A stretch of DNA of 64,000 nucleotides. Source: Solirubrobacterales bacterium. GTDB lineage: Bacteria; Actinomycetota; Thermoleophilia; Solirubrobacterales; 70-9. The stretch spans positions 119-64,118 of the forward strand of contig DASUYK010000039.1 in the NCBI GenBank assembly GCA_036377415.1, read 5' to 3'. The notes beneath the pieces are model-generated. The model was not told where the DNA came from and did no database searches. It saw nothing but the letters and a program-made list of their open reading frames with translations. The number at the start of each line of letters is the position of its first letter. Position 1 is the stretch's first letter. The translations under genes and the position numbers were made by a program. This document shows positions 52,142-63,100 of the stretch, piece after piece.

Positions 52142-53401
52142 GTGAGAGGCCGCCGACGCGCTCTCGCTGCGCTGCTCGTCTGCATCCTGCACCTGGCGGT
52201 CTTCGCTCCCAGGGTGGGCGAGTGGTCATCTGTGCTGGTCAACGACTTTGCCCCGCAGGCGGAGGCGATCGAGAGCGGCGACCGCCCGTACGGCGATCAG
52301 GATCTCGAGTACCCGCCGTTCTCGCTCGTGCCGCTGCAGGCTCCGGCCCTGTTCACGGACGGAACCGACGGATATGTCGAGGCATTTCATTGGGAGATGA
52401 TCGTCTTCGACCTGGCGATCGTCCTCTTACTCGCGCTCGCCCTTCCCGGCCGGTCCAGAGAGGTGATCTCGGCGCTCGCCGTCTACACAGCCGGCGTGCT
52501 GCTGCTCTCGGGCGTCATCCTCGACGACTCCGCGATCGATCAGTCCCCGCTCGCTCTCTCCCGTTTCGACCTTGTGCCGGCATTCCTGGTCCTGGCCGCG
52601 GTCCTCGCGCGCGACGCCGCCCGCTCGGCGACCTGGTCGGCACTGCTCTCGGTGGCCACGATGGTGAAGGCATTCCCGGCGCTGCTCTATCCGGCCCTGC
52701 TGCGTGGCGAGAGGAGCTGGGGCCGGGTCGCCGTCGCCACCGCGATTCCCCTGCTCATCGCCGCCGTCGTCATGGTCGTCTGGGGCGACTCTTTCATCTC
52801 GGCGATCACCTACCACACCGAACGCGAGCTCCAGATCGAGAGCGTCCCATCGACCCCGTTCGAAGTGGCGAGCGAGTTCGGGGCAGGGGCGATCCCTGTC
52901 CCAGGTCACGGGGGCTTTGACCTGGTCGCTTCGGGCGCCGGGGTTGCGAAGTGGATCTGGGTCCTGCTCGGAATCGGCGTCTACGTGATGGTCGTCCGCG
53001 CGGGCTGGCGATCGCGGATCTCGAACCTGAGGCTGGTGACTGCCTTGCTGGCGGTGCTGGTTGTCTTCGCCACGGTTCTCTCCCCCCAGTTCCTGCTCTG
53101 GCTGCTTCCGCTCTCCGCCGCCGCCTATGGGCTCGGCCGCGAGAACATCGTGCTGCTGGTGGCGGTGATCCTCACGCAGGTGATGCTGCAGAACTACGGT
53201 GAGGCCTTGGACGGGGAGTTCGGCGCCGCCTTCGTCTGGCCACTGGCGGCGCGAAACGTCACCCTGCTGGTCTACCTGTGGCTGGTCTGCGTCCCGGTCC
53301 TCCGGTCCAGCTCGGAGACGGGGGATGCAGGCCTCGGCGACCCGGCCCGTACGGAGTTGCCGTGGCATGCGAGCAGCACCCGGCCGACCCGGACCGCCTA
53401 G
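52142..53401 (+). CDS. Polytopic membrane protein, probable GT-C-type glycosyl/mannosyltransferase (DUF2029/GT87-like; tentative)
   Basis: 419 aa with more than 8 TM helices. The N-terminal loop motif YGDQDLEYPPFSL resembles the D/E-x-Y-PP loop of GT87/DUF2029 proteins. Confidence 0.7.
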   Translation: MRGRRRALAALLVCILHLAVFAPRVGEWSSVLVNDFAPQAEAIESGDRPYGDQDLEYPPFSLVPLQAPALFTDGTDGYVEAFHWEMIVFDLAIVLLLALALPGRSREVISALAVYTAGVLLLSGVILDDSAIDQSPLALSRFDLVPAFLVLAAVLARDAARSATWSALLSVATMVKAFPALLYPALLRGERSWGRVAVATAIPLLIAAVVMVVWGDSFISAITYHTERELQIESVPSTPFEVASEFGAGAIPVPGHGGFDLVASGAGVAKWIWVLLGIGVYVMVVRAGWRSRISNLRLVTALLAVLVVFATVLSPQFLLWLLPLSAAAYGLGRENIVLLVAVILTQVMLQNYGEALDGEFGAAFVWPLAARNVTLLVYLWLVCVPVLRSSSETGDAGLGDPARTELPWHASSTRPTRTA

Positions 53402-53420
53402 CGCCTTCGTTCCCGCCGCC

Positions 53421-53687
53421 CTAGCCCTTCGACTTGTAGTACTCCAGGTTGATCTGCGTGAACTTCGCCCACTCCTCGGGGAGCTGGTCCTCCGCGAAGC
53501 AGGCGTCGACCGGGCAGGCCTCGACGCAGGCGTCGCAGTCGATGCACTCGTCGGGATCGATGTAGAGCTGCTCGACGCCCTCGTAATCGGCCTCGTCCGG
53601 GGTCGGGTGGATGCAGTCGACGGGGCAGACCTCGACGCAGGAGTTGTCCTTGGTGCCGATGCAGGGCTCCGCGATGACGTATGCCAC
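53421..53687 (-). CDS. fdxA: 7Fe ferredoxin (3Fe-4S + 4Fe-4S)
   Basis: Trimmed to GTG 53687 (VAYVIAEPCIGTKDNSCVEVCPVDCIHP...CIDCDACVEACPV). GGAAAGGA upstream. Confidence 0.9.
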   Translation of the reverse strand: MAYVIAEPCIGTKDNSCVEVCPVDCIHPTPDEADYEGVEQLYIDPDECIDCDACVEACPVDACFAEDQLPEEWAKFTQINLEYYKSKG

Positions 53688-53812
53688 GGCGCTCGATCCT
53701 TTCCGGAGTTCGGTTCGTGGTCGCGGCGCCCATTGGGGCGCCGCGGAAAGCGACATTCTAGTGATGACGCGGGCCGCCGGGCCTGCGCGACAGCCCGACC
53801 CGGGTGGCTAGC

Positions 53813-53818
53813 TACAGT
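53813..53818 (+). promoter_or_regulatory. -10-like hexamer TACAGT, 6 nt upstream of GTG 53825
   Basis: Sequence reads TACAGT-ggcggc-GTG. Confidence 0.45.
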
Positions 53819-53824
53819 GGCGGC

Positions 53825-54721
53825 GTGATCCTGCTCACGGGGGCAACCGGGGTTATCGGCGGGGAGCTTCTTCCCGCGTTGCTCGCCGAGGGGCACCAAG
53901 TGCGGACGCTGGTCCGCGACCCGCGCAAACTCGGCGAGCACAGGGTGGACGTCCAGATCACGCTCGGCGACCTCGCCGATCCGTACCCCGTTCGGCACGC
54001 GATGCGCGGGATCGGCACGGTCGTCCACCTGGCGGCGACGATCCGCGATCAGCCCAGCGGCACGATCGAGGAGTTGAACGGAATCGCGACGGCCAGGCTC
54101 CTCCGCTCGGCCGAGCGTGCCGGCGTCGAGCGGTTCGTCTTCTTCTCGGCGATCGGAGCGAGTGGATTTCAGCGAACGCGGTTCTTTCGCTCCAAGGCGA
54201 TCGCCGAGCGGGCCGTTCAGGAGTCGCCCATCGACGCGACCGTCTTCGCGCCCTCGATCGTCTACCGGCCCGGCGATCCCTGGATCACCCTCCTTGAGCG
54301 GCTCTCGATCCTGCCCGCGATGCCAGTCTCGGGATCCGGAGGTGCGCGTTACCAGCCGATCTGGGCGCGGGACGTCGCCCGCTGCGTCGTCGCCTCCCTG
54401 AACGGAGCGGAGCAGCGGAAGCGGTCCGAAGGGGAATCCAGCGACCGTTACGAGCTCGCGGGCCCGGACGTCCTCTCCTATGAGGACATCGTCGAGCTGG
54501 TGCTGGAGGCGAGCGGGCGCCGCCGGCCGCTCTTCAACGTGCCCCTGCCGGTCGTCCGTGCCGGGCTTCGGACCCTCGAGCTCCTCGCGGGACCGTCGGT
54601 CTTCGCCACCTGGGAGGAGGCGGAGCTGATGGAGGTACCGATGACGACCGAGCGCGGCACCGAGGACGCCGAGCGGCTCGGGGTCGAGCCCCGGCCGATG
54701 GGCGCCGTCCTCGGCGTCTAG
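53825..54721 (+). CDS. NAD(P)H-binding SDR-family protein (NmrA / complex I NDUFA9-like)
   Basis: The Rossmann motif opens the protein (VILLTGATGVIGGEL). The ORF track starts at 53804. Confidence 0.85.
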   Translation: MILLTGATGVIGGELLPALLAEGHQVRTLVRDPRKLGEHRVDVQITLGDLADPYPVRHAMRGIGTVVHLAATIRDQPSGTIEELNGIATARLLRSAERAGVERFVFFSAIGASGFQRTRFFRSKAIAERAVQESPIDATVFAPSIVYRPGDPWITLLERLSILPAMPVSGSGGARYQPIWARDVARCVVASLNGAEQRKRSEGESSDRYELAGPDVLSYEDIVELVLEASGRRRPLFNVPLPVVRAGLRTLELLAGPSVFATWEEAELMEVPMTTERGTEDAERLGVEPRPMGAVLGV

Positions 54722-54741
54722 CCCCATTGTCCGGAACGACA

Positions 54742-54765
54742 GAGGCCCGGCTTTCGCCGGGCCTC
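54742..54765 (+). terminator. Hairpin GAGGCCCGGC-tttc-GCCGGGCCTC after the SDR gene
   Basis: Perfect 10-bp stem with a tetraloop. No clear U-run. Confidence 0.4.
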
Positions 54766-54812
54766 CTGAAGTCGCCCGCGATCATGCGGGCACTCGCCTG
54801 TTACGGCGAAGC

Positions 54813-54831
54813 GTAGTCGGCTGGTAGCCGA

Positions 54832-54835
<4 letters not shown>
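54813..54835 (-). terminator. Hairpin GTAGTCGGCT-acc-AGCCGACTAC overlapping the groEL stop codon
   Basis: Perfect 10-bp stem that begins inside the TAG stop (54832..54834). Confidence 0.35.
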
Positions 54836-56466
<1,631 letters not shown>

Positions 56467-56495
56467 ATCGGTGGTTCCTCCTTTCCTAAGTCCTG

Positions 56496-56783
56496 TTAGC
56501 CGACCTTCGCGAGCACGTCCGATTCGCGCAGGACGAGCAGGTCGTCGCCGTCAACGGTGATCTCCGTGCCTCCGTACTTGGAGTAGAGGACCTCGTCGCC
56601 CTCGCTCACGTCGAGGGGGCGGCGGCTGCCGTCCTCCTGGATCGCACCATCGCCGACGGCGAGCACCTTGCCCTTCTGCGGCTTCTCCTTGGCTGTATCG
56701 GGGAGGACGATTCCGCTCGCGGTCGTCTCCTCCTCCTCGACCGCCTGAACGATCAGGCGGTCGCCAAGCGGCTTCAACTTCAT
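56496..56783 (-). CDS. groES: Co-chaperonin GroES
   Basis: Trimmed to ATG 56783 ([12 protein letters not shown]...), with AGGAGG 7 nt upstream. Confidence 0.96.
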   Translation of the reverse strand: MKLKPLGDRLIVQAVEEEETTASGIVLPDTAKEKPQKGKVLAVGDGAIQEDGSRRPLDVSEGDEVLYSKYGGTEITVDGDDLLVLRESDVLAKVG

Positions 56784-56836
56784 TCGCATTCCTCCTGAAC
56801 TGGTCGAGGTTTGATTCGCAAAGTCTGTCACTCGGT

Positions 56837-56863
56837 TTGGCACTCTCGGTGGGGGAGTGCCAA
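56837..56863. promoter_or_regulatory. CIRCE operator (HrcA site) TTGGCACTC-N9-GAGTGCCAA
   Basis: Perfect 9-bp inverted repeat with a 9-nt spacer, 54 nt upstream of groES. Matches TTAGCACTC-N9-GAGTGCTAA with the G/C variant. Confidence 0.85.
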
Positions 56864-56876
56864 GACAGCAGGCGTG

Positions 56877-56882
56877 ATTGTA
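56877..56882 (-). promoter_or_regulatory. groES promoter -10 (TACAAT)
   Basis: Reverse strand reads ggtTACAATcacgcc, 13 nt upstream of CIRCE. Confidence 0.55.
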
Positions 56883-56925
56883 ACCGGGCAGACTGAGCGA
56901 CCGCCGCTCGGGGGCACCGCGACAG

Positions 56926-57399
56926 CTAGCCGAGTGCGAGCAGCCGCGCGCCGAGCAGTCGCGCCAGGCCCTCGCCGCCGTTCCTCATCACGTAGTCGTG
57001 ATTGACCGCGAAGATCGGGCGGGCGATGGGGGTCAGCAGGTTCATCCAGGCCCTTGTCGTGCGGACGTTCCACTCGTAGACGACGGCGGTGATCCCGTCC
57101 TGCTCGAACAGGCGCCAGCGACCGGTCCCCGCCAGCTCACCGTTCGCCTCACCTTCGAGGACGTGCGGGCGCTCGACGCGCGTGGTTCGCATCTGAAACT
57201 CGAGCTTGTACGGGAGCTTCGACTTCCAGACGTAGCGACCGACCTGACCGACGCCGTTCTCGTCCCCCTCGGCGAGACGCTCGGTCTCGAGGACTCCCCT
57301 CCACCACTCGGGCCAGTGCTCGGATTCGTAGATCGCGTCCCACACGCGCTCCCGAGGCGCCTCCAACACCCAGGTGGTCAGGAAACGGTAGTCGCCCAA
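56926..57399 (-). CDS. SRPBCC family protein (polyketide cyclase/dehydrase-like START fold)
   Basis: 157 aa. Motif [21 protein letters not shown] start. Confidence 0.85.
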   Translation of the reverse strand: MGDYRFLTTWVLEAPRERVWDAIYESEHWPEWWRGVLETERLAEGDENGVGQVGRYVWKSKLPYKLEFQMRTTRVERPHVLEGEANGELAGTGRWRLFEQDGITAVVYEWNVRTTRAWMNLLTPIARPIFAVNHDYVMRNGGEGLARLLGARLLALG

Positions 57400-57415
57400 G
57401 CCGCGCGCCTAGCGC

Positions 57416-57820
57416 TCAGTTGCGGGACGGCGATTCACCATTGCCGAATTGAGTGCTCGGCCGTTCGACGATCTGGGAGAAGCGTATGACCGTGACGGTG
57501 TCCTCGTCCGAGATCGACCGGGTGTAGATCTTCTCGAGGAACGCGACGGTCTCCTCCTGGCGGCGGAACTCGGGGTTGTCGTGCTCGATGTCACGGGGGG
57601 AGAGCTCGGCGACCTTCTTCACCTCGACGTCGTCGATCACGGCGGCGAAGATCTTCTCCCGCGGCTGGTGCCGGTAGCCGATCGTGATCCAGACGAGCTG
57701 GCCGCGGTTGTACTTGCGCGACTTGTCGCCCAGCCGGATCGTCGCCGTCTTCCGGCCGCTTCGCAATTGGTCCACGAAGACGGGGGAGTAGAAGTTGAGC
57801 ACGTAGAGCGCGGAATTCAC
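57416..57820 (-). CDS. ASCH domain-containing protein (PUA-like fold)
   Basis: 134 aa. LRSGRKTATIRLGD resembles the ASCH GxKxxExR segment. GTG start. Confidence 0.7.
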   Translation of the reverse strand: MNSALYVLNFYSPVFVDQLRSGRKTATIRLGDKSRKYNRGQLVWITIGYRHQPREKIFAAVIDDVEVKKVAELSPRDIEHDNPEFRRQEETVAFLEKIYTRSISDEDTVTVIRFSQIVERPSTQFGNGESPSRN

Positions 57821-57826
57821 CGGCCG

Positions 57827-57832
57827 AGCCTA
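57827..57832 (-). promoter_or_regulatory. -10-like hexamer TAGGCT, 6 nt upstream of the ASCH gene GTG
   Basis: Reverse strand reads TAGGCT-cggccg-GTG. Confidence 0.45.
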
Positions 57833-57860
57833 CTTCAGGCGCGGCCACGGGGGCCGCTCA

Positions 57861-58529
57861 TCATTCGGGCGCATCGAACCCCTCGGCCCCGATCAGCGGG
57901 ACGAAGCGGCAGGGCCCGATCGTCTCCTGGCGCAGGTCTCCGTTCTCGCGGGTGAACGCGGTGAGCAGGTCGGCTGTGCCGGTCGCGATCGGGACGACGA
58001 GACTTCCCCCCTCCGCGAGCTGACCGAGCAGGCTGTGGGGCGCCTCGGGGGTGGCGGCGTGCACCGCGATCGCGTCGTACGGCGCGCCGGGCGAATGCCC
58101 CTGGCTGCCGTCGCCGATGATCACCTCGACGTTCCGGACCCCCATCTCCTCGAGTCGGGCCCGGGCCACCTCGCCCAGCGCCGGCACGCGCTCGACGCTG
58201 ATCACGCGATCCGACAGCTTCGCGAGGACTGCGGCCGAGTACCCGGATCCGGTCCCGATCTCGAGGACGTTCTCGTCCCCGTCCAGGTGAAGGGCCTGGC
58301 AGATCGCAGCCACTACCCAGGGCTGGGAGATGGTCTGCTCGTGACCGATGGGAAGCGCCGAGTCGTTGTAGGCGCTCTTCCGCACGCGCTCGGGGACGAA
58401 CAGCTCGCGGGGCACCGACCCCATCGCGTCGAGCACCGCCTCATCGGAGATCCCACGCCGTCGGAGCTGGCGCTCGACCATTCGCTGCCGCTGCTCGGCG
58501 AAGTCGGGCGAGCGGCCAGAGGGTGTCAT
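57861..58529 (-). CDS. pcm: Protein-L-isoaspartate O-methyltransferase
   Basis: 222 aa. Motifs TISQPWVVA and VLEIGTGSGYSAAVLA. Confidence 0.92.
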   Translation of the reverse strand: MTPSGRSPDFAEQRQRMVERQLRRRGISDEAVLDAMGSVPRELFVPERVRKSAYNDSALPIGHEQTISQPWVVAAICQALHLDGDENVLEIGTGSGYSAAVLAKLSDRVISVERVPALGEVARARLEEMGVRNVEVIIGDGSQGHSPGAPYDAIAVHAATPEAPHSLLGQLAEGGSLVVPIATGTADLLTAFTRENGDLRQETIGPCRFVPLIGAEGFDAPE

Positions 58530-58547
58530 GCCCTCGCCGTCAGCGCC

Positions 58548-59222
58548 TCAGAAGATGTATGCGTCGAGCCGTTCGGGCTCGATCACGGTCACCCGGCCGC
58601 GTCCGACCTGAACCACACCCGCGCGCTCGAGCGTTGCCAGAAAGCGGCTGACGCTCTCACGCGAGGTTCCGGCCATCTGAGCAAGGTCGGCTTGCCGCAG
58701 CCGGATCGTCACGCCGTCGCGGACCAGGGGGGTGACTGCCTCCTCGGCGAGCAGCTTGTTGAGCACCCCGGCGACTCTGCTCGGGACCGTCTGGAATGAC
58801 TGGCGCGCGATCCGCTCGTTCGCCTCCCGCAGGCGCCTGGTGAGCGCGACGACCAGCTTCTCGGCCATATCGGGGTGCTCACGGATCAGAGCGCGCATGT
58901 CCATCGCGGGCAGGGCCAGGAGGTCGGTGCTCTCGACCGCCTCGACGCTCGCCGAGCGGCGCTCTCCGTCGAGCATCGCAAGCTCCCCGAAGATCGCTCC
59001 CGGTCCGAGAGTCGCGAGCGTGATCACCCTGCCGTCCGAGTGCTGGCGGGTGACGCGGCAGCTGCCCGAGCTGACGATGTAGCAGGCATCCCCGGGATCG
59101 CCCTCGTGGAAGACCCGGGTGTCGTGCGGAAAGCTCCGTGGAATCGCGACCTGGGCGACCCGCTCGAGCTCGGAAGCTGAGAGCTCCGAGAACAAGGGCA
59201 CCCGGCCGAGCAACCCGACCAT
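58548..59222 (-). CDS. Crp/Fnr family transcriptional regulator
   Basis: cNMP-binding domain (FGELAMLDGERRSASV) and HTH (RQADLAQMAGTSRESVSRFL). Start is ATG 59222 or GTG 59246, with GATAAT at 59257..59262. The ORF track start 59381 overlaps nei. Confidence 0.85.
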   Translation of the reverse strand: MVGLLGRVPLFSELSASELERVAQVAIPRSFPHDTRVFHEGDPGDACYIVSSGSCRVTRQHSDGRVITLATLGPGAIFGELAMLDGERRSASVEAVESTDLLALPAMDMRALIREHPDMAEKLVVALTRRLREANERIARQSFQTVPSRVAGVLNKLLAEEAVTPLVRDGVTIRLRQADLAQMAGTSRESVSRFLATLERAGVVQVGRGRVTVIEPERLDAYIF

Positions 59223-59298
59223 TCGTTGACTCGCACGGCTCTCCACGCCACCGACGATTATCCGGGATCGACCGAAAAGTGTTCGAGTCAAATGGTCC

Positions 59299-60072
59299 TC
59301 AGCCGCGACGCTGACAGCTTGGGCACCAGTAGCTGACCCGGGCCGAGTCGCCCTGCGCCCCTGAGCGGATCGCAGAGCCACAGCGCCGGCACGGCCGGGC
59401 GGCCCTCCGATACACGGAGCCGGGCTGCCTGCCCGACTCGACCGCCGCCAGCATCAGCTCGCGGGTCAGATCGAGGACGGATCCGAGCTCTGGGTCGGAG
59501 AGCGAGCCGAGCCGTGCACGCGGATCGATCCGGGCGGCAAAGCATCCCTCGCTCTTGAAAATGTTCCCGATCCCTGCGACCAGCGTCTGGTCGAGCAGCG
59601 CGTCGCCGAGCTCGGCCGTCGGCCCCACACCCCGCATCCGCCGGATCGCGTCCTCGACGTCGAAGTCGTCCGCGAGCAGATCCGGACCGAGGCGGGCAAG
59701 CCTCGGATCGCGGCGGAGCTGGGACTCCCTCGCGATCCGCATCGTCGATCCGCCGAAGTTGACTGCATCTATCCGCCCGGTTGACAGGGTGATCCAGGCC
59801 TGTGAGGCCGGGCGCCGCCAGCTCTCCCCCTCGGCGTACAGATGCCAGGTCCCGCGCATTCCGAGGTGGCTGTGTAGGGCGAGGCCGTCGGCGAAGTGGA
59901 GGATCAGGTGCTTGCCGCGGCTCTCGGCGCTCTCCAGGAGCCCGCCGTCGATCGCTGCGCAGGGCAGGCCGGCGGGCCGGCGGGCGCCCGGTGTTCGCAC
60001 CGTGACACGCTCGCCCGCGAGCCCGTCGTGAATCCGCCTCGCGAGGCGCAGGATCGAGTCGCCCTCCGCCAT
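59299..60072 (-). CDS. nei: Fpg/Nei family DNA glycosylase (endonuclease VIII, Nei2-like)
   Basis: 257 aa. N-terminus MAEGDS (family norm is MPEGD), then RGKHL, the H2TH region, and the zinc finger CRRCGSAI...YWCPSCQ. Confidence 0.88.
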   Translation of the reverse strand: MAEGDSILRLARRIHDGLAGERVTVRTPGARRPAGLPCAAIDGGLLESAESRGKHLILHFADGLALHSHLGMRGTWHLYAEGESWRRPASQAWITLSTGRIDAVNFGGSTMRIARESQLRRDPRLARLGPDLLADDFDVEDAIRRMRGVGPTAELGDALLDQTLVAGIGNIFKSEGCFAARIDPRARLGSLSDPELGSVLDLTRELMLAAVESGRQPGSVYRRAARPCRRCGSAIRSGAQGDSARVSYWCPSCQRRG

Positions 60073-60148
60073 GACTAAACGGGTCGCTCCTCCGACATTT
60101 CACGAGTCGCGCTGTCGCGCGCCCCCACATCATCGGGGCGCCGTGGCA

Positions 60149-63100
60149 TCAGGCGACGAGGCGCCTCGGCTGTCGCCTGAATCCCGCCTCGATCAGTGCC
60201 GTCTCCATTCCCGAGCCGATCACCGGCTCGCCGTCGAGCCGCTCGATCGTGAGCTTCTCGATCAGCCCATCGCGGGCGGCTGCGGCCAGCTCGGCGAGGG
60301 CTGCGGTGAGCTCCTGCTCGCTCAGCTTCCGAAGCCGGAGGATTCCCTTCCCGCTCCGCTCGACGTAGAGGAGCGCCTCCCCATCGCGGAGCATCACGTA
60401 GGCCCCCGCGGTCCGCGCCGGGCGCCGCTGGCCTTCGAGCTTTGGCCAGGGGAGCGTGGCGCCATACGGGTTGGCGGGATCGGTCGCCGCCAGGACCTGG
60501 AGCGATCCATCTGCCCGCGGCAGGCTGCGGAGCCGCTCGACCGCACCGGGAAGCGCGAACTGGGCACCCCCGAGCCCCTCGACGAAGTAGCCCCGTCGCG
60601 CGGTCCCGAGGAGCTCCAGGTTCTGGAGCTCGCCATAGATCGAGGCGAATCCACCGGGGATTCCCTCTGCGATCGCGGTCTCACGCGCGATGATCCCGTG
60701 GCGCTCGAGCAGGAGCTCCGCCAGCGCCCGCATTCGCGGGCCGGCGGAGGGGGCGTCCTCGAAGAGCGGCGCGGTGAGCGACCAGCGCCCGATGACGGTC
60801 CCCGAGGCGCCGGCCCTCCTCCGCGCGAAGCGGCGGCCGGAGCGATCGGAGCGCTGCGCCGCGCGCAGGCGGGGGGCGCGGAGCGGGGCGAAGGCGTCGT
60901 TGGTCACCTCTCCCGACCAGGCGAGGTCCCAGAGCGCCTCGTGCAGCTGCTCTGCCGAGCCCTCGAGCTCGAGCAGGTCGAGCCAGAAGCACGGCCCCCG
61001 AGCGAGGCGCTCGCGGATCGCGTCCTGGATCTCGCCCTCGGGGCGATCGAGTTTCGCGTTGGCCGGCGGCGGCCCGGCGAGGCGGACGTCCTCGCGGAAG
61101 TAGAGCGCCACCCTGCCGTCGCTCCTGCCGATGGCGCCGGCCCCGATCCAGACCAGCTCGCCGCTGGTGCAGAGCTCGTCCATCCAGGAGGGGCTGTAGG
61201 CCCCGAGCCGCCGGGGGAGGACATCGCGCTCCCATGTCTTCGGCGTGAGCGCGATCCCCTGAAGCGGGATCAGCGCCTCGCGGAGACGGTCGGGTCCCGC
61301 GCCGGTTCGCGCGTGGGCGTCGACGTTCTGCCAGCTTGGGAGGAAGCGGGCGAGCTCCCGCGGATCGGTCGCCTCGACCTCCCTGCGAAGCCGGGCGAGG
61401 CTCGCGCGCCGCAGCCGCCGGAGGACGTCCGCCTCGCACCACTCGCGGGTGGTCCCGCCGGGAAGCAGCTCCCCCCGGACCACCTCTCCGGCGCGCTCCA
61501 GCTCGCGGAGCGCAGGGCTCGGGTCGACGCCGTAGCGATCCGAGAGCTGTTTGGTCGGGAAGGGGACGTGGGTCGCGGCGTAGCGCCTCACGAGGGAGAC
61601 GAGCGCATCGTCGACGGGCTCGATGAAGCTCTCCGGCAGTCCGGCGGGCGGGGGGACGCCGAGCGCATCGCGATAGAGCCCGGCGTCCTCCGCTGCGATG
61701 TAGCGCTCCTCCCCGGCGACCCTGACCACGGCCGCGCGGCGCTCCTTGACCAGCTTGTTCAGCATCGAGGCGGCCGAGTAGCCCTCCTCGACCCGCCGCT
61801 CGCACTCATCCGCGGTCAGGTCGCCGAGCCTCCGCAGGATCTGCTGGAGGCCGTCGCGGTCCTTCGCCCGAGCCGACTCCGTCAGGTGCTGGAGCTGCTC
61901 GGAGACCTCCTCGAGCGCCTCGGGGTCGATCAACTCCCGCAGCTCCTCCTGCCCGAGGAGCTCGGCGAGCAGGTCCCGATCCAGTGCGAGGGCGGCGGCC
62001 CGCCGCTCCGCGTTCGGCGTGTCGCCCTCGTACATGTAGGTGGCGACGTAGTCGAAGAGCAGCGAGGAGGCGAACGGCGATGCAGTCGGGGTCTCGACCT
62101 CCACCATCGTGATTCGCCGGGAGTGGAGGTCGCGAAGGAGGTCGCGGAGTGCCGGCAGATCGAGGACGTCCCGCATCACCTCGCGGTAGGTCTCGAGAAT
62201 CACCGGGAAGCGTGGGAAGTCGCGGGCGACCTCGAGCAGGCTCTGCGACTTCAGCCGCTGCTGCCAGAGCGGGGTGCGCTTTCCCGGCCAGGCGCGTGGG
62301 ATCAGCAGGGAGCGCGCAGCGTTCTCCCGGAAGCGGGCACCGAACAGCGCCGATCCGGAGAGCTCGCGGATCACCAGATCCTCGAGCTCGTCGGGCTCGA
62401 TCATCACCAGGTCGGCGGGCGGCGGCTCGTCCGCGTCGGGCAAGTGGATGACGATGCCGTCGTCCGACCAGATCGCGTCCGCCTCGAGCTCGCGATCGTC
62501 GCGTATCTTCGCCGAGAGGGCGAGCCCCCACGCCGCGTGAACCCGCCCGCCCCACGGAGAGAGGACGCAGAGCCTCCAGTCGCCGATCTCGTCGCGGAAG
62601 CGCTCCACCACGATCGACTCGTCCGACGGCACGACCCGGGTGGCGGCCTGCTGCTCGGTCAGGTAACTGACGAGGTTCTGAGCAGCGAGTTTGTCGAGGT
62701 CGTTCTCCTTCGCGAGCTTCTTCGGGTCGGCGTTCACCGCTTCCCTGGAGAAGGCGCCGATCGCCTTCCCCAGGTCGGCAGGGCGGCCGATCCCGTCCCC
62801 GCGCCAGAAGGGCACCGCTCCGGGGGTTCCCGGTGCCGGGGTGACGATCACGCGGTCCCGGGTGATCTCCTCGATCCGCCAGGTGCTTGCCCCCAGCAGG
62901 AAGGTCTGGCCGGGGCGGGCCTCATAGACCATCTCCTCGTCGAGCTCGCCGACCCGGCGGCCGTCGGGAAGATGGACGCCGTAGAGGCCGCGGTCCGGGA
63001 TCGTTCCGGCATTGGCGACGGCGAGCTGGCGGGCACCGGGGCGTCCGCGCATCTTTCCCTTGGTGCGGTCCCAGACGATCCGGGGCCGGAGCTCGGCGAA

